DNA of 64,000 bases, from NCBI GenBank assembly GCA_019414245.1, contig DXMK01000005.1, forward strand, positions 14,463 to 78,462, written 5' to 3'. The notes under the pieces were generated by a model. It had not been told where the DNA came from. It searched no databases and worked only from the letters and a program-made list of their open reading frames with translations. The DNA comes from Collinsella sp. (GTDB lineage: Bacteria > Actinomycetota > Coriobacteriia > Coriobacteriales > Coriobacteriaceae). Positions 10,033-19,112 of this stretch are shown piece after piece. The position numbers and the translations under genes were made by a program. Positions within the stretch are counted from its first letter, which is position 1. Every line of letters starts with the position of its first letter.

Positions 10033-10098
10033 GTCTCTCTAAAACAAGGCGCTTATCTCTCTAACTTTAGAGAGATAAGCGCCTTGTTTTAGAGAGAC
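10033..10098. repeat. Perfect 32-bp inverted repeat with 2-nt spacer
   Basis: GTCTCTCTAAAACAAGGCGCTTATCTCTCTAA-CT-TTAGAGAGATAAGCGCCTTGTTTTAGAGAGAC. Confidence 0.95.
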
Positions 10099-10210
10099 GG
10101 AATGCCAAAATTCGTCCGTCAGCTACCATCTGCCAAAAATGACGGATAAAGGGCTCATCGAAGTAATGGGTTCATCGACGAGGCGCAACCGCCGCTATCG
10201 GAAGAAGTAG
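10099..10210 (+). pseudogene. Possible remnant of a C-terminal winged-helix domain
   Basis: With one frameshift it reads GMPK/SSVSYHLPKMTDKGLIEVMGSSTRRNRRYRKK-stop. Confidence 0.4.
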
Positions 10211-10285
10211 ATGCAGCCGAATTGCCCCTCTATCGTCTCTCGAAGTTTGATGGGTGCTAGAGGGGCGACTGCCTCGCGATATTTT

Positions 10286-10331
10286 CCCAAGATAAAACCT
10301 GCCAAAACAAACCTGTCCCTTATTGACAGGT
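10286..10331 (+). repeat. REP-like palindrome, family A copy 2 (degenerate)
   Basis: CCCAAGATAAAACCTGCCAAAACAAACCTGTCCCTTATTGACAGGT. Confidence 0.8.
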
Positions 10332-10414
10332 CAGTTAACGTAGTCCAGGTTGAGCATATGTGCCCGGGGCCTGCGCAGCGCCGAGCAGTTACGCCGTTTG
10401 TAAAACGGCGTAAC

Positions 10415-11293
10415 CTAAAGGTTCATGTTGCCGTGGATGTAGGGGGTGACCTCAGGGGAGATATGGTCGCAGCCCAGTTCGCGCAGCGCGGACTCGATAA
10501 CGGCGGGCAGCGGGGTTTTGCCCTCGGCATCGACGGCGTTGCCACCGAGGGCAGCAATCTTGGCGACATCTGCGGGTGCGGCCTCGATATGCATGCAGCC
10601 GCCGATCAAGCGCGCGCGTACCTGTGCCAGATCAAGATCGTGCAGGTAATCCTCGCAGGCGCGGATTAAATCGACCTTCTCGCGCGTAAGCTCCTCGCCC
10701 GTGGGGACGCGGGTGGCAAGACATGCTCCCGCCGGCAGGTTCCAAACGGGATAGCCCCATGCGCGCAGCAGCTCGCGCTCTTCGTCCTTGGTAAAGCCGA
10801 CCTCCATAAGGGGTGAGCGTACGCCGAGCTCTTCTGCCGCACGCATGCCGGGGCGGTAGTCACCGCGATCGCTTGCATTACTGCCATCGATGACGGTGGG
10901 AAAGCCGAGCGACTTGGCGTGGTTGACGATGGCGGTAAAGCCGGCGTGCTTGCAGTGGTAGCAGCGATTAGCATCGTTGCAGGCTACTTGGGGGAGCTGC
11001 AGCTGATCGACCGAAAGATTGAGCACGGGGAGCTTAAAATGTGCCCCTTCATTGGCTTGTCCATCAACGGACCGCTCAAACGAGGCCTGCTCGGGCGTGC
11101 CGATGAGCGGCGTGGTGAGATGGACGAGGAGGGTATTGGTAGGCATGATGCGGGCGCATACGGCGGCCAAAAAGCTGCTGTCAACGCCGCCGGAAAACCC
11201 GATAGCCACGCGCCCGTATGCCAAAAGCAGCTGTTCGAGCGCCGATAGCTTGTCTTGAAGCTCCTCTGCGGGTGCCGTGGTGTCTAAAATCAT
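10415..11293 (-). CDS. larE: LarE-family ATP-dependent sulfur transferase (PP-loop)
   Basis: FSGGVDS PP-loop, RCYHCK, DGSN..D..DYRPG, SPL, ACLATR. Confidence 0.88.
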   Translation of the reverse strand: MILDTTAPAEELQDKLSALEQLLLAYGRVAIGFSGGVDSSFLAAVCARIMPTNTLLVHLTTPLIGTPEQASFERSVDGQANEGAHFKLPVLNLSVDQLQLPQVACNDANRCYHCKHAGFTAIVNHAKSLGFPTVIDGSNASDRGDYRPGMRAAEELGVRSPLMEVGFTKDEERELLRAWGYPVWNLPAGACLATRVPTGEELTREKVDLIRACEDYLHDLDLAQVRARLIGGCMHIEAAPADVAKIAALGGNAVDAEGKTPLPAVIESALRELGCDHISPEVTPYIHGNMNL

Positions 11294-11466
11294 GAAACGG
11301 TCCTTATCGTTGAGTACTCGATCGAAAACTATAATCCTAATGCGTTACTTGCCATAAGACTTCTATCTGTGTAACGAAAGTGCAATATGGTATATACGTT
11401 ATATACAAGTTGCCAAATGCGGTAGAGTTGCGGCAATACGACAGCGAGAGTCGATGGGGGACCGAT

Positions 11467-12117
11467 ATGATCAAGGCTGTTATTTTTGACATGGATGGAA
11501 CGCTGGTCGATACCGAGCGTTTGGGGATTAAGGCCTGGAAGGCAGGCGCCGCTGAGCTGGGGCTCGCGATTGATGAAGCGCTGATCCATCAGTTTATCGG
11601 CCGCACGCTGCCCGATGTTATGGACATCCTTGATAAGCATTACGGCAGCCATGAAACCACCGAGGCGATCTATCGTCGCCACAAGGAGATTCGCGACGAG
11701 ATGGTCAAGACCGAACTGGAACTTAAGGCCGGTGCCGCCGAGTGCCTAGACGAGCTGCTGGCTGCGGGCTATCACGTGGGTCTAGCGACGTCGTCGCGCC
11801 TCGTTACGGCCGAGCGCAACCTTAAGATGGTCGGTCTTTTTGACAAGTTTGAAACGGTAACGTGTGGCGAGGACGTCGTGCACGGCAAGCCCGACCCCGA
11901 GATGTATCTGCTCGCCTGCGAGCGCGCGGGCTTTGCTCCCGAGGAATGTGCCGTGGTCGAGGATTCGCGCAACGGTTGCGTCTCGGGCATTACGGCCGGC
12001 TGCCATGTCTTTGCCGTCCCCGATATCGTGCCGCTGCCGCAGGACGTGGTGGATGGCTGCGAGGCCGTGCTCGATACGTTGTTCGACCTGGCGGCGGCAA
12101 TCAAGGCTGTGCGCTAG
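11467..12117 (+). CDS. HAD-superfamily phosphatase (beta-PGM-like, subfamily IA)
   Basis: FDMDGTLVD, ATSS, GKPDP and VEDS motifs. Confidence 0.9.
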   Translation: MIKAVIFDMDGTLVDTERLGIKAWKAGAAELGLAIDEALIHQFIGRTLPDVMDILDKHYGSHETTEAIYRRHKEIRDEMVKTELELKAGAAECLDELLAAGYHVGLATSSRLVTAERNLKMVGLFDKFETVTCGEDVVHGKPDPEMYLLACERAGFAPEECAVVEDSRNGCVSGITAGCHVFAVPDIVPLPQDVVDGCEAVLDTLFDLAAAIKAVR

Positions 12118-12156
12118 AAAATTGCGGCGTTAAAACGAGCGATTGCTCACGTTTAC

Positions 12157-12204
12157 GCTTAAGCAAAAGGGGCCCGGCAATGGTCGGGCCCCTTTTGCTT
12201 AAGC
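12157..12204. terminator. Bidirectional terminator
   Basis: 20-bp perfect stem GCTTAAGCAAAAGGGGCCCG / CGGGCCCCTTTTGCTTAAGC between convergent genes. Confidence 0.8.
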
Positions 12205-12230
12205 GGCGACTTAGCATACTCGCGGGCGTG

Positions 12231-13343
12231 CTATAGATACGCACCGAGGTTGATGGCCGTGGCGTCGGTCTGGCTGCTTGCCTGGGTGCTGGCGCGTTCC
12301 AGCAGGAACGGCCGCACGAGTTCTTGGCGGTTGATGTCCTCGATGGCCGTGACCGCGGTGACGGTGCGCGCGGCAGAGCTGACGTGGATATGCTTGGTCT
12401 TTGCCGGGGCCTTGTTCTCGATTTGCTCCATGAGCAATTGAACGCCCTTGCGGCCAATCTCGTAGCCCGGGGGCGCTACCGTAGTGAGCGGGACCGATCC
12501 ACTCCAAGCGAGCGGGTTGCCATCGCAGCCTGCTACGCGTACTTGCCCGGGGACAGAGATGCCCTTGTCGACCAGCGCCGAGATAACGCCCGAGGCCAAC
12601 ACGTCGGTCAGGCCGACGACAAAATCGGGGCGTTCGTTCGCGGGGCGCTCGGCGATTTGGGCACCGATGCCGTAGCCGTCGGCAGCGGTATTCCATTCGC
12701 CGGCGTCGATGACTTCGATCTTGATATCGGGGTGCAGGGCGAGGGCCTTGTGAATGCCAAGTACGCGTAGGGTGAGCTGCATAAATGCTGCTCGGCCGAC
12801 GACGACAATATGGTGTGCGCCGCGGGCGATGGCGAGCTCGGCAATGATGCGACCTTGGGCCTCGTTGTCGGCCGCTACGTAGTAGCCGGGCTCGGAACAG
12901 TGGATGTCCAGATGGACGATCGGCACGGGCATTTTAGTCATGGCCGGATGCCAGTCGGGGGACGCCATGGGCTGAACCATGACGCCGGACATCTGGGTGC
13001 CCATAAAGTAGCGCAGGTAATGGTTCTCGAGAATATCGTCATTATCGGCGTTGGCGATGAGCAGGTCGTAGCCGTGCTTGCGGGCCTCGTTGTGGGCGCC
13101 GCTGGCGATTTGGAGCGAAAAGCCGTGGTCGAGACGGGGGAGCACCAGGCCAAAGGACTTGGTGGCGCCGCCCGCGAGCTGACGGGCGCTTTGGTTGGGC
13201 AGGTAGCCAAGGCGATTGATGGTCTCGTTGATGAGCTTGAGGGTCTCGGGGCGTAGCTTTTCGGGGTGGTTGAGCGCGTTGGAGACCGTGCCCAACGAAA
13301 CCCCGGCCTCGCGCGCGACGTCGCTGATTTTTACCTTTGCCAT
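12231..13343 (-). CDS. LacI-family transcriptional regulator
   Basis: MAKVKISDVAREAGVSLGTVSNALN HTH and YLPNQSARQL hinge. Confidence 0.92.
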   Translation of the reverse strand: MAKVKISDVAREAGVSLGTVSNALNHPEKLRPETLKLINETINRLGYLPNQSARQLAGGATKSFGLVLPRLDHGFSLQIASGAHNEARKHGYDLLIANADNDDILENHYLRYFMGTQMSGVMVQPMASPDWHPAMTKMPVPIVHLDIHCSEPGYYVAADNEAQGRIIAELAIARGAHHIVVVGRAAFMQLTLRVLGIHKALALHPDIKIEVIDAGEWNTAADGYGIGAQIAERPANERPDFVVGLTDVLASGVISALVDKGISVPGQVRVAGCDGNPLAWSGSVPLTTVAPPGYEIGRKGVQLLMEQIENKAPAKTKHIHVSSAARTVTAVTAIEDINRQELVRPFLLERASTQASSQTDATAINLGAYL

Positions 13344-13393
13344 AGCGGCCCCTTTGATGCGTTTCAAGTACAAGCCAGATTGTAGCATCCCAA

Positions 13394-13438
13394 ACCTACC
13401 AAAAAGGGACAGGTTTATTTTGGCAGGTTTATCTGGGG
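13394..13438 (-). repeat. REP-like palindrome, family A copy 3
   Basis: Reverse complement of the 9811/15571 element. Confidence 0.85.
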
Positions 13439-13457
13439 AAACGCCGTTGCCGGCGCG

Positions 13458-13492
13458 ACCACCACGAAGGGGGCAGGTACCTTTGTGGTGGT
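13458..13492. repeat. REP-like palindrome, family A variant
   Basis: ACCACCACGAAGGGGGCAGGTACCTTTGTGGTGGT; inverted near-copy at 51315. Confidence 0.75.
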
Positions 13493-13519
13493 TTGAACCG
13501 GCTGGACGTGTGTGCATCG

Positions 13520-13545
13520 AGTGGTATCTAAGTTGAGATACCACT
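13520..13545. promoter_or_regulatory. Candidate operator upstream of glmS
   Basis: AGTGGTATCT-N6-AGATACCACT perfect 10-bp inverted repeat upstream of a TACAAT -10 candidate (13575-13580). Confidence 0.5.
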
Positions 13546-13654
13546 TCTGGTATATCAGCTTGCGTTTGCGTGAGTACAATACTCGAACGTTATGCGTCTC
13601 AGCGCCCCCTGTGCGTGGACGTTTTGCAGTCAAGCGGACGAAGGGATTTATCCT

Positions 13655-15502
13655 ATGTGCGGAATTGTCGGCTACACCGGCTCTGATATTGCAAAGAACA
13701 TCCTGGTCACGGGCCTCAAGCGTATGGAGTATCGCGGCTATGACTCCTCGGGCGTCGCGCTCGAGGTGGGCGAGGGCGCCGCGGCGCACCTCGATGTCAT
13801 CCGCCGCGTGGGCAAGGTCGCGGGCTTGGAGAGCGAGCTTTCCAACATTGACAGCGACGCTACCTGCGGTATCGGCCACACCCGTTGGGCCACCCACGGC
13901 AAGCCCTCCGTCGTTAACGCTCACCCCCACACCAGCTGTGACGGTCGTATCGCCATCGTCCACAACGGCATCATCGAGAACTTCGCCGAGCTGCGCGAAG
14001 AGCTGGAGGGCCGCGGCCACCACTTTAAGAGCGAGACCGATACCGAGGTCTTCGCGCATCTGATCGAAGAGGCTTATGCCGAGACGCACGACCTGATGGC
14101 CTCCGTGCGCGAGGCTTGCACCCACGTGGTCGGTGCCTATGGCCTGGCCGCCGTGTGCGCTGACGAGCCCGGCGTGATCGCCGTGGCCCGCAAGGATTCC
14201 CCGATCGTGGTCGGCGTGGGCGAGACCGGCGCCTATGTCGCCTCCGATGTCATCGCGCTCATCGACGCCACCCGCGATGTCGTGGTGCTCGAGGACGGTC
14301 AGTTTGCCAAGCTCGCGCCCGCAGGCGTCGAGTACACCGACGAGGCCGGCAACGTTATCAAGCCCAAGGTCACCCACATCGACTGGGACCTGGATATGGC
14401 AGAAAAGGGCGGTTATCCCGACTTTATGCTCAAGGAGATTCACGAGCAGCCGCGCGTCGTGCGCGACACGCTGGTTGGTCGTATGACACCGGCCGGCGAG
14501 CTCGACATCGACGAGCTGGGCCTTTCGCTCGAGGAACTCAACGACATCGACCGCGTCTACGTGATCGCTTGCGGCACCAGCTATCACGCTGGCCTCATTG
14601 CCAAGAATCTCATTGAGGGCTGGGCTCGCATCCCCACCGAGGTGGAGGCGGCCAGCGAGTTCCGCTATCGCAACCCCATCATCACGCCGACGACGCTCGT
14701 CGTGGCCGTGTCCCAGTCGGGCGAGACGGCCGACACTCTCGCCGCCATCCGCGACGCGCGCATCAAGGGCGCCAAGGTCTTCGGCATCACCAACGTGGTG
14801 GGCAGCCCCGTGGCGCGTGAGAGCGACGGCGTCATCTACACTAAGGCCAACAAGGAGATCGCGGTCGCCTCGACCAAGAGCTTCATCGGCCAGGTCGTGA
14901 GCCTTACGCTTTTGGCCCTGCTGCTGGCGCAGGTCAAGTACCGCTTGACCACCAAGCAGGCGCGCATGCTGTTCCGCGAGCTTTCCGATACGGCCGAGCA
15001 GATCCAGTGGATTTTGGATACCCAGACCGAGGCCGTTCATGAAGCTGCCCTGCTGTGCAAGGACGCGCAGTCCGCACTGTTCGTGGGCCGTGGCATGGGT
15101 GCCGCCATTTCCTACGAGGGCGCGCTTAAGCTCAAAGAGGTCAGCTACCTGCACGCCGAGGCATATGCCGCCGGTGAGATGAAGCACGGCCCTATTGCCC
15201 TGATCGACCCGGGCTTCCCTGTCATCGCCGTGGCCACCAAGAGTGCCACCTACGACAAGACCGTGTCGAACCTTATGGAGTGCAAGGCGCGCGGCGCCAA
15301 GGTCATCGTCGTTGCCACCGAGGGCGACGAGGAGATCAACAAGATCGCCGACTGCATCATCCGCGTGCCGGCAGTCCGCGACGTGTTCAGCCCCATTACG
15401 GCGAGCGTTCCACTGCAGCTGCTCGCCCGCGAGGTCGCCATCCTGCGCGGCTGCGACGTCGACCAGCCCCGAAACCTGGCGAAAAGCGTTACTGTCGAGT
15501 AA
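13655..15502 (+). CDS. glmS: Glutamine--fructose-6-phosphate transaminase (isomerizing)
   Basis: MCGIVGY, HTRWATHG, SQSGETADT, C-terminal PRNLAKSVTVE. Confidence 0.98.
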   Translation: MCGIVGYTGSDIAKNILVTGLKRMEYRGYDSSGVALEVGEGAAAHLDVIRRVGKVAGLESELSNIDSDATCGIGHTRWATHGKPSVVNAHPHTSCDGRIAIVHNGIIENFAELREELEGRGHHFKSETDTEVFAHLIEEAYAETHDLMASVREACTHVVGAYGLAAVCADEPGVIAVARKDSPIVVGVGETGAYVASDVIALIDATRDVVVLEDGQFAKLAPAGVEYTDEAGNVIKPKVTHIDWDLDMAEKGGYPDFMLKEIHEQPRVVRDTLVGRMTPAGELDIDELGLSLEELNDIDRVYVIACGTSYHAGLIAKNLIEGWARIPTEVEAASEFRYRNPIITPTTLVVAVSQSGETADTLAAIRDARIKGAKVFGITNVVGSPVARESDGVIYTKANKEIAVASTKSFIGQVVSLTLLALLLAQVKYRLTTKQARMLFRELSDTAEQIQWILDTQTEAVHEAALLCKDAQSALFVGRGMGAAISYEGALKLKEVSYLHAEAYAAGEMKHGPIALIDPGFPVIAVATKSATYDKTVSNLMECKARGAKVIVVATEGDEEINKIADCIIRVPAVRDVFSPITASVPLQLLAREVAILRGCDVDQPRNLAKSVTVE

Positions 15503-15526
15503 TCGAGTTCCGTCATCCTAACAACT

Positions 15527-15563
15527 AAGGCCCGGCTCCGTTGCAGCGGAGCCGGGCCTTGTT
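15527..15563. terminator. Intrinsic terminator after glmS
   Basis: AAGGCCCGGCTCCG-TTGCAG-CGGAGCCGGGCCTT. Confidence 0.8.
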
Positions 15564-15570
15564 GCATTTG

Positions 15571-15615
15571 CCCAGATAAAACCTGCCAAAATGAACCTGT
15601 CCCTTTTTGGCAGGT
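15571..15615 (+). repeat. REP-like palindrome, family A copy 4
   Basis: CCCAGATAAAACCTGCCAAAATGAACCTGTCCCTTTTTGGCAGGT, abutting the gntR stop codon. Confidence 0.85.
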
Positions 15616-16346
15616 TAGCGGAGCTTGCTGGTCTCGAAGTACTCGGGGAACTGGTCCAGAACCTCGGTTTGGTTGCGGAACATCATGTGCAGGTGCTTGC
15701 TGACCAAAAAGCTCGCTTCGATGGGGTCGCGACCGGCGATAGCGCGGCGAATCTGCTTGTGCTCGTTCACGATGTCCTGATTGTCGAGAACCTGCGTGGC
15801 GGCGCGCAGCCAGCGGAAGCGCTCCAGGTCGGCATTGGTCTCCTCGAGCCACGACCACACGGTGCTGCGGCATGCGATGCTAAAAATCATGTGATGCATG
15901 AGGTTGTCGCTCAAAAAGAAACCGATGCGATCCTCTTCGGCCATGGCCTTTTCCTGCAGCACGATGGCGCGGTCGAGCTGCTCGATGCCGGCCGACGTGG
16001 CTCGCGCACAGCACTCCACAATCACCTGCTTTTCCAGATGTTCGCGGATGTAACAGGCACTCTCGGCAAGGGTGAGGTTGATGGGTGAGACGTAGGTGCC
16101 ACTCTGGGGCACGGTGCGCACCAGGCCTTCCTGCGCCAAGCGAACCAAAGCCTCGCGCACGGGCGTGCGACCCATATCCAGGTCGTCGCAAAGTTGCTTG
16201 ACGCCCAGCTTTTCGCCCGGCTTGTAGTCCAGGTAGACGATTTTGCGTCGAATGGTGTGGTAGGACTGGTCCTGTAGGCTCGTTTCCTGCTCGCCGACGT
16301 GCATCGATTCTTCCATAGCGCCTCGCAACTGTTCTATCAAACTCAT
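15615..16346 (-). CDS. GntR-family regulator with FCD domain
   Basis: YKPGEKL..MGRTPVREALVRLAQEGLV..PQSGTYV, with D..H and EH..I..HL FCD residues. Start uncertain. Confidence 0.9.
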   Translation of the reverse strand: MSLIEQLRGAMEESMHVGEQETSLQDQSYHTIRRKIVYLDYKPGEKLGVKQLCDDLDMGRTPVREALVRLAQEGLVRTVPQSGTYVSPINLTLAESACYIREHLEKQVIVECCARATSAGIEQLDRAIVLQEKAMAEEDRIGFFLSDNLMHHMIFSIACRSTVWSWLEETNADLERFRWLRAATQVLDNQDIVNEHKQIRRAIAGRDPIEASFLVSKHLHMMFRNQTEVLDQFPEYFETSKLR

Positions 16347-16509
16347 ATGTCAGTTGTTAATTATGCCGCGAATCAGCTTTCCGCGGTGGGTAATTCGGCT
16401 GTTGCCCAAGAACGATTGCGGCATCTTAGTCTTTGTTTACGCAAGGCTGCGCTCAATGTTGCCGTATCATAAGCCGTCGCAAACGTGAAAGAGAAAGAAG
16501 GAATCCCAT

Positions 16510-17544
16510 ATGCAACTGGCGAATATCGTACGCGAGCGCTGGAAGGGTGTCTTGTTCTGCCTGACCATCGCTATCCCCGCGACGTTGCTCGGCAAACAAA
16601 TTGAGGTGGTCGGCGGGCCGGTATTTGCCATCCTCTTTGGCATGGTCCTGGCGCTCGTCTTTCCCAAGAATCGCCGCGAACAGCTCGCCGCCGGTGTCAC
16701 CTATACGTCTAAAAAAGTCTTGCAGTACGCGGTTATCCTGCTTGGCTTTGGCATGAACCTCTCCCAGATTCTGTCCAAGGGCGCCCAGTCGCTACCGATT
16801 ATCGTGGCGACGATCTCGACCTCGCTTGTCATCGCCTTTGTGCTCTGCCGCGTTATGAACGTGCCGAGCAAGATCGCGACGCTTGTGGGCGTGGGCTCGT
16901 CGATTTGCGGCGGTTCTGCCATCGCCGCGACCGCGCCCGTCATCGATGCCGACGATCGCGAGATTGCCCAGGCTATTTCGGTCATCTTCCTGTTTAACGT
17001 TACCGCGGCGCTCGTGTTTCCGACGCTCGGCGGTATGCTCGGGCTGACCAACGAGGGCTTTGGCCTGTTTGCCGGTACCGCCATCAACGACACTTCGTCC
17101 GTAACGGCTGCGGCGAGCGCTTGGGACAGCATGCATCCCGGCGCCAATGTGCTCGAGAGCGCCACGGTGGTCAAGCTCACCAGGACGCTGGCCATTATTC
17201 CCATCACGTTGGTCCTCGCATGCTGGCAGATGCATCTGGCGCGCAAGGCCGGCGGCGACGCCAAAAGCACGTTCTCGCTTAAACGCGCGTTTCCCATGTT
17301 TGTGCTGTTCTTTGTGCTGGCGAGTGTAATCACCACGGTGCTTCAGCTTCCCGTGTCCATCACGGCGCCCATCAAGGAGCTGTCGAAGTTCTTTATCGTG
17401 ATGGCCATGGCGGCTATTGGCTTTAATACCGATATCGTCGAGCTGGTCAAAAAGGGCGGCAAGCCCATCGCGCTGGGCTTTTGCTGCTGGATTGGCATTG
17501 CGTGCATGAGTTTGGGAATGCAGCACGTGCTGGGAATCTGGTAG
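16510..17544 (+). CDS. YeiH/UPF0324 (putative sulfate exporter) membrane protein
   Basis: Multi-TM protein with GSSICGGSAIAA, GTAINDTSSV and VKLTR. Confidence 0.9.
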   Translation: MQLANIVRERWKGVLFCLTIAIPATLLGKQIEVVGGPVFAILFGMVLALVFPKNRREQLAAGVTYTSKKVLQYAVILLGFGMNLSQILSKGAQSLPIIVATISTSLVIAFVLCRVMNVPSKIATLVGVGSSICGGSAIAATAPVIDADDREIAQAISVIFLFNVTAALVFPTLGGMLGLTNEGFGLFAGTAINDTSSVTAAASAWDSMHPGANVLESATVVKLTRTLAIIPITLVLACWQMHLARKAGGDAKSTFSLKRAFPMFVLFFVLASVITTVLQLPVSITAPIKELSKFFIVMAMAAIGFNTDIVELVKKGGKPIALGFCCWIGIACMSLGMQHVLGIW

Positions 17545-17810
17545 AGAAGTAGCTTATTCGCGTGCTGGTTGCTGGTGAGCGCAAGCCTGCGGTGGAGCGA
17601 TAGGAGCTCTTGCGGGTATGGCTTGTCCGCAGGTTTATAAGTCCCGAAGAGCTCTTATCGCCCCGCCAGGATGGCGATGCGGGGCAACACCTATACTCGC
17701 AGGACAGCGCTTTCTGCCCTATAGTGTTTGGTGAGCAATATCGTTCAATTTTGAAACACTCGGTCGTGCGACCGTCAGCGGTTGCACGTCGCCACGGACA
17801 GGGGCAAATC

Positions 17811-19028
17811 ATGGATAGCGATGCCAAGCTAAACATCTTGACCGAGGCCCTGGCTGCTGCCGGGGCCTCGGCATTGGCAATCGATGCGCGTGGGGACGTT
17901 GCGATCTCGACCATGAACGACGCGGCGCTCGAGTGGGATGTGGCGACTTTTGTCGCTGAGCGCCTCGACCGTATAGGAGACGGCGCGCGTCTGGTTATGG
18001 GGCGTGCGGGTACGCGCCTGAGCCTGACCGTTCGCCCCACCGACAAAGAGGGCGGGGGCCTTTGGGTCGTCGTGGTCCGCGAGGTGCGCGGCGCCGCGGC
18101 ACATGCGGGCATCGAGTGGCTCAACGCCGACGAAGTTGAGGCCCGCTACGAATCGAGCGCGTACGGCATCGTTGAGGGGGCGGCCTCGGTAGCTGCGCCG
18201 GTCGCCGAGAGCTACGCGCGCGGCGTGCCCCTTATGCTCGAGGGCGAGCTGGGAGCGGGTCAGGTCGAGATCGCCAAGCGCCTCTATCTGGACGGTCCTT
18301 TTGCCGATCAACCCTTTGTTGCCGTTGCGCTCGATGAGCTTACCGATCGCGGTTGGCGCCACGTGCTCAAAAGCGCCGAATCGCCGTTGTTCCAAACGGG
18401 GCTGACACTTTGCATTGCGGGCTGGAATGCGGTTGGCCCCCAGCGCCTTCGCGAGCTCGTTTCCACGATGGCCGACACCGCGTTGGCGACGCGCTGCCAT
18501 GTGGTGCTGACGGCGAATGACATGCCGGGCGGCAGCGAAAGTGATCAAGCCGCCTTTGTGACCGAGCGCTTCGCCTGTGCGGTGAGCGTGGCGCCGGCAA
18601 TCGTCGAGCAGGGAGCCGCGTCGACGAAGGTTGCGCGCTATTTGGAATATCTCGCTGATGCATTTGGGACGGCAGCGCCCACGCTGTCTGCCGCGGCGAC
18701 GAAGACGCTCGATGCTTACCGCTGGCCGCGCAATTATCTGCAGCTCCGCGAGGTCTCGGAACGACTGTATATATTGGTGGGGGCGGGCGCGGTGGACCGC
18801 GCTGTGGCGGAGGAAGTGCTCGCCCAAGAGGACGTGATTAAGACCGCAACCTTTGGCGCCCCGACGTTCGAAAGTGACCTGTATATCCTGCGACCGCTGG
18901 CCGATACCGAGCGAGATATCGCGCATCTGGTTGTAGACCATCTCCACGGCAACCGAACCCGTGCGGCGGAGGTGCTGGGCATAAGCCGTACAACGCTGTG
19001 GCGCTTGCTGAAGGACGATGACCGTTGA
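17811..19028 (+). CDS. PrpR/NtrC-like regulator with degenerate AAA+ domain and Fis-type HTH
   Basis: PLMLEGELGAGQ (Walker A-like), YRWPRNYLQL..SERL, C-terminal GNRTRAAEVLGISRTTLWRLL. Confidence 0.8.
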   Translation: MDSDAKLNILTEALAAAGASALAIDARGDVAISTMNDAALEWDVATFVAERLDRIGDGARLVMGRAGTRLSLTVRPTDKEGGGLWVVVVREVRGAAAHAGIEWLNADEVEARYESSAYGIVEGAASVAAPVAESYARGVPLMLEGELGAGQVEIAKRLYLDGPFADQPFVAVALDELTDRGWRHVLKSAESPLFQTGLTLCIAGWNAVGPQRLRELVSTMADTALATRCHVVLTANDMPGGSESDQAAFVTERFACAVSVAPAIVEQGAASTKVARYLEYLADAFGTAAPTLSAAATKTLDAYRWPRNYLQLREVSERLYILVGAGAVDRAVAEEVLAQEDVIKTATFGAPTFESDLYILRPLADTERDIAHLVVDHLHGNRTRAAEVLGISRTTLWRLLKDDDR

Positions 19029-19112
19029 GCGAGGCGCCCGTGACCGCGCGCGACGCGTGTGCTACAGTCCAAAGCGTTATTGTTTCGATTTGGTTACGGC
19101 GTGCGAGGGCAT

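Noticed and set aside
10211..10414. 152-aa ORF 10211-10669 as a gene
   Set aside because: It runs through a stem-loop and a REP copy, then overlaps larE antisense, and has no motif support.
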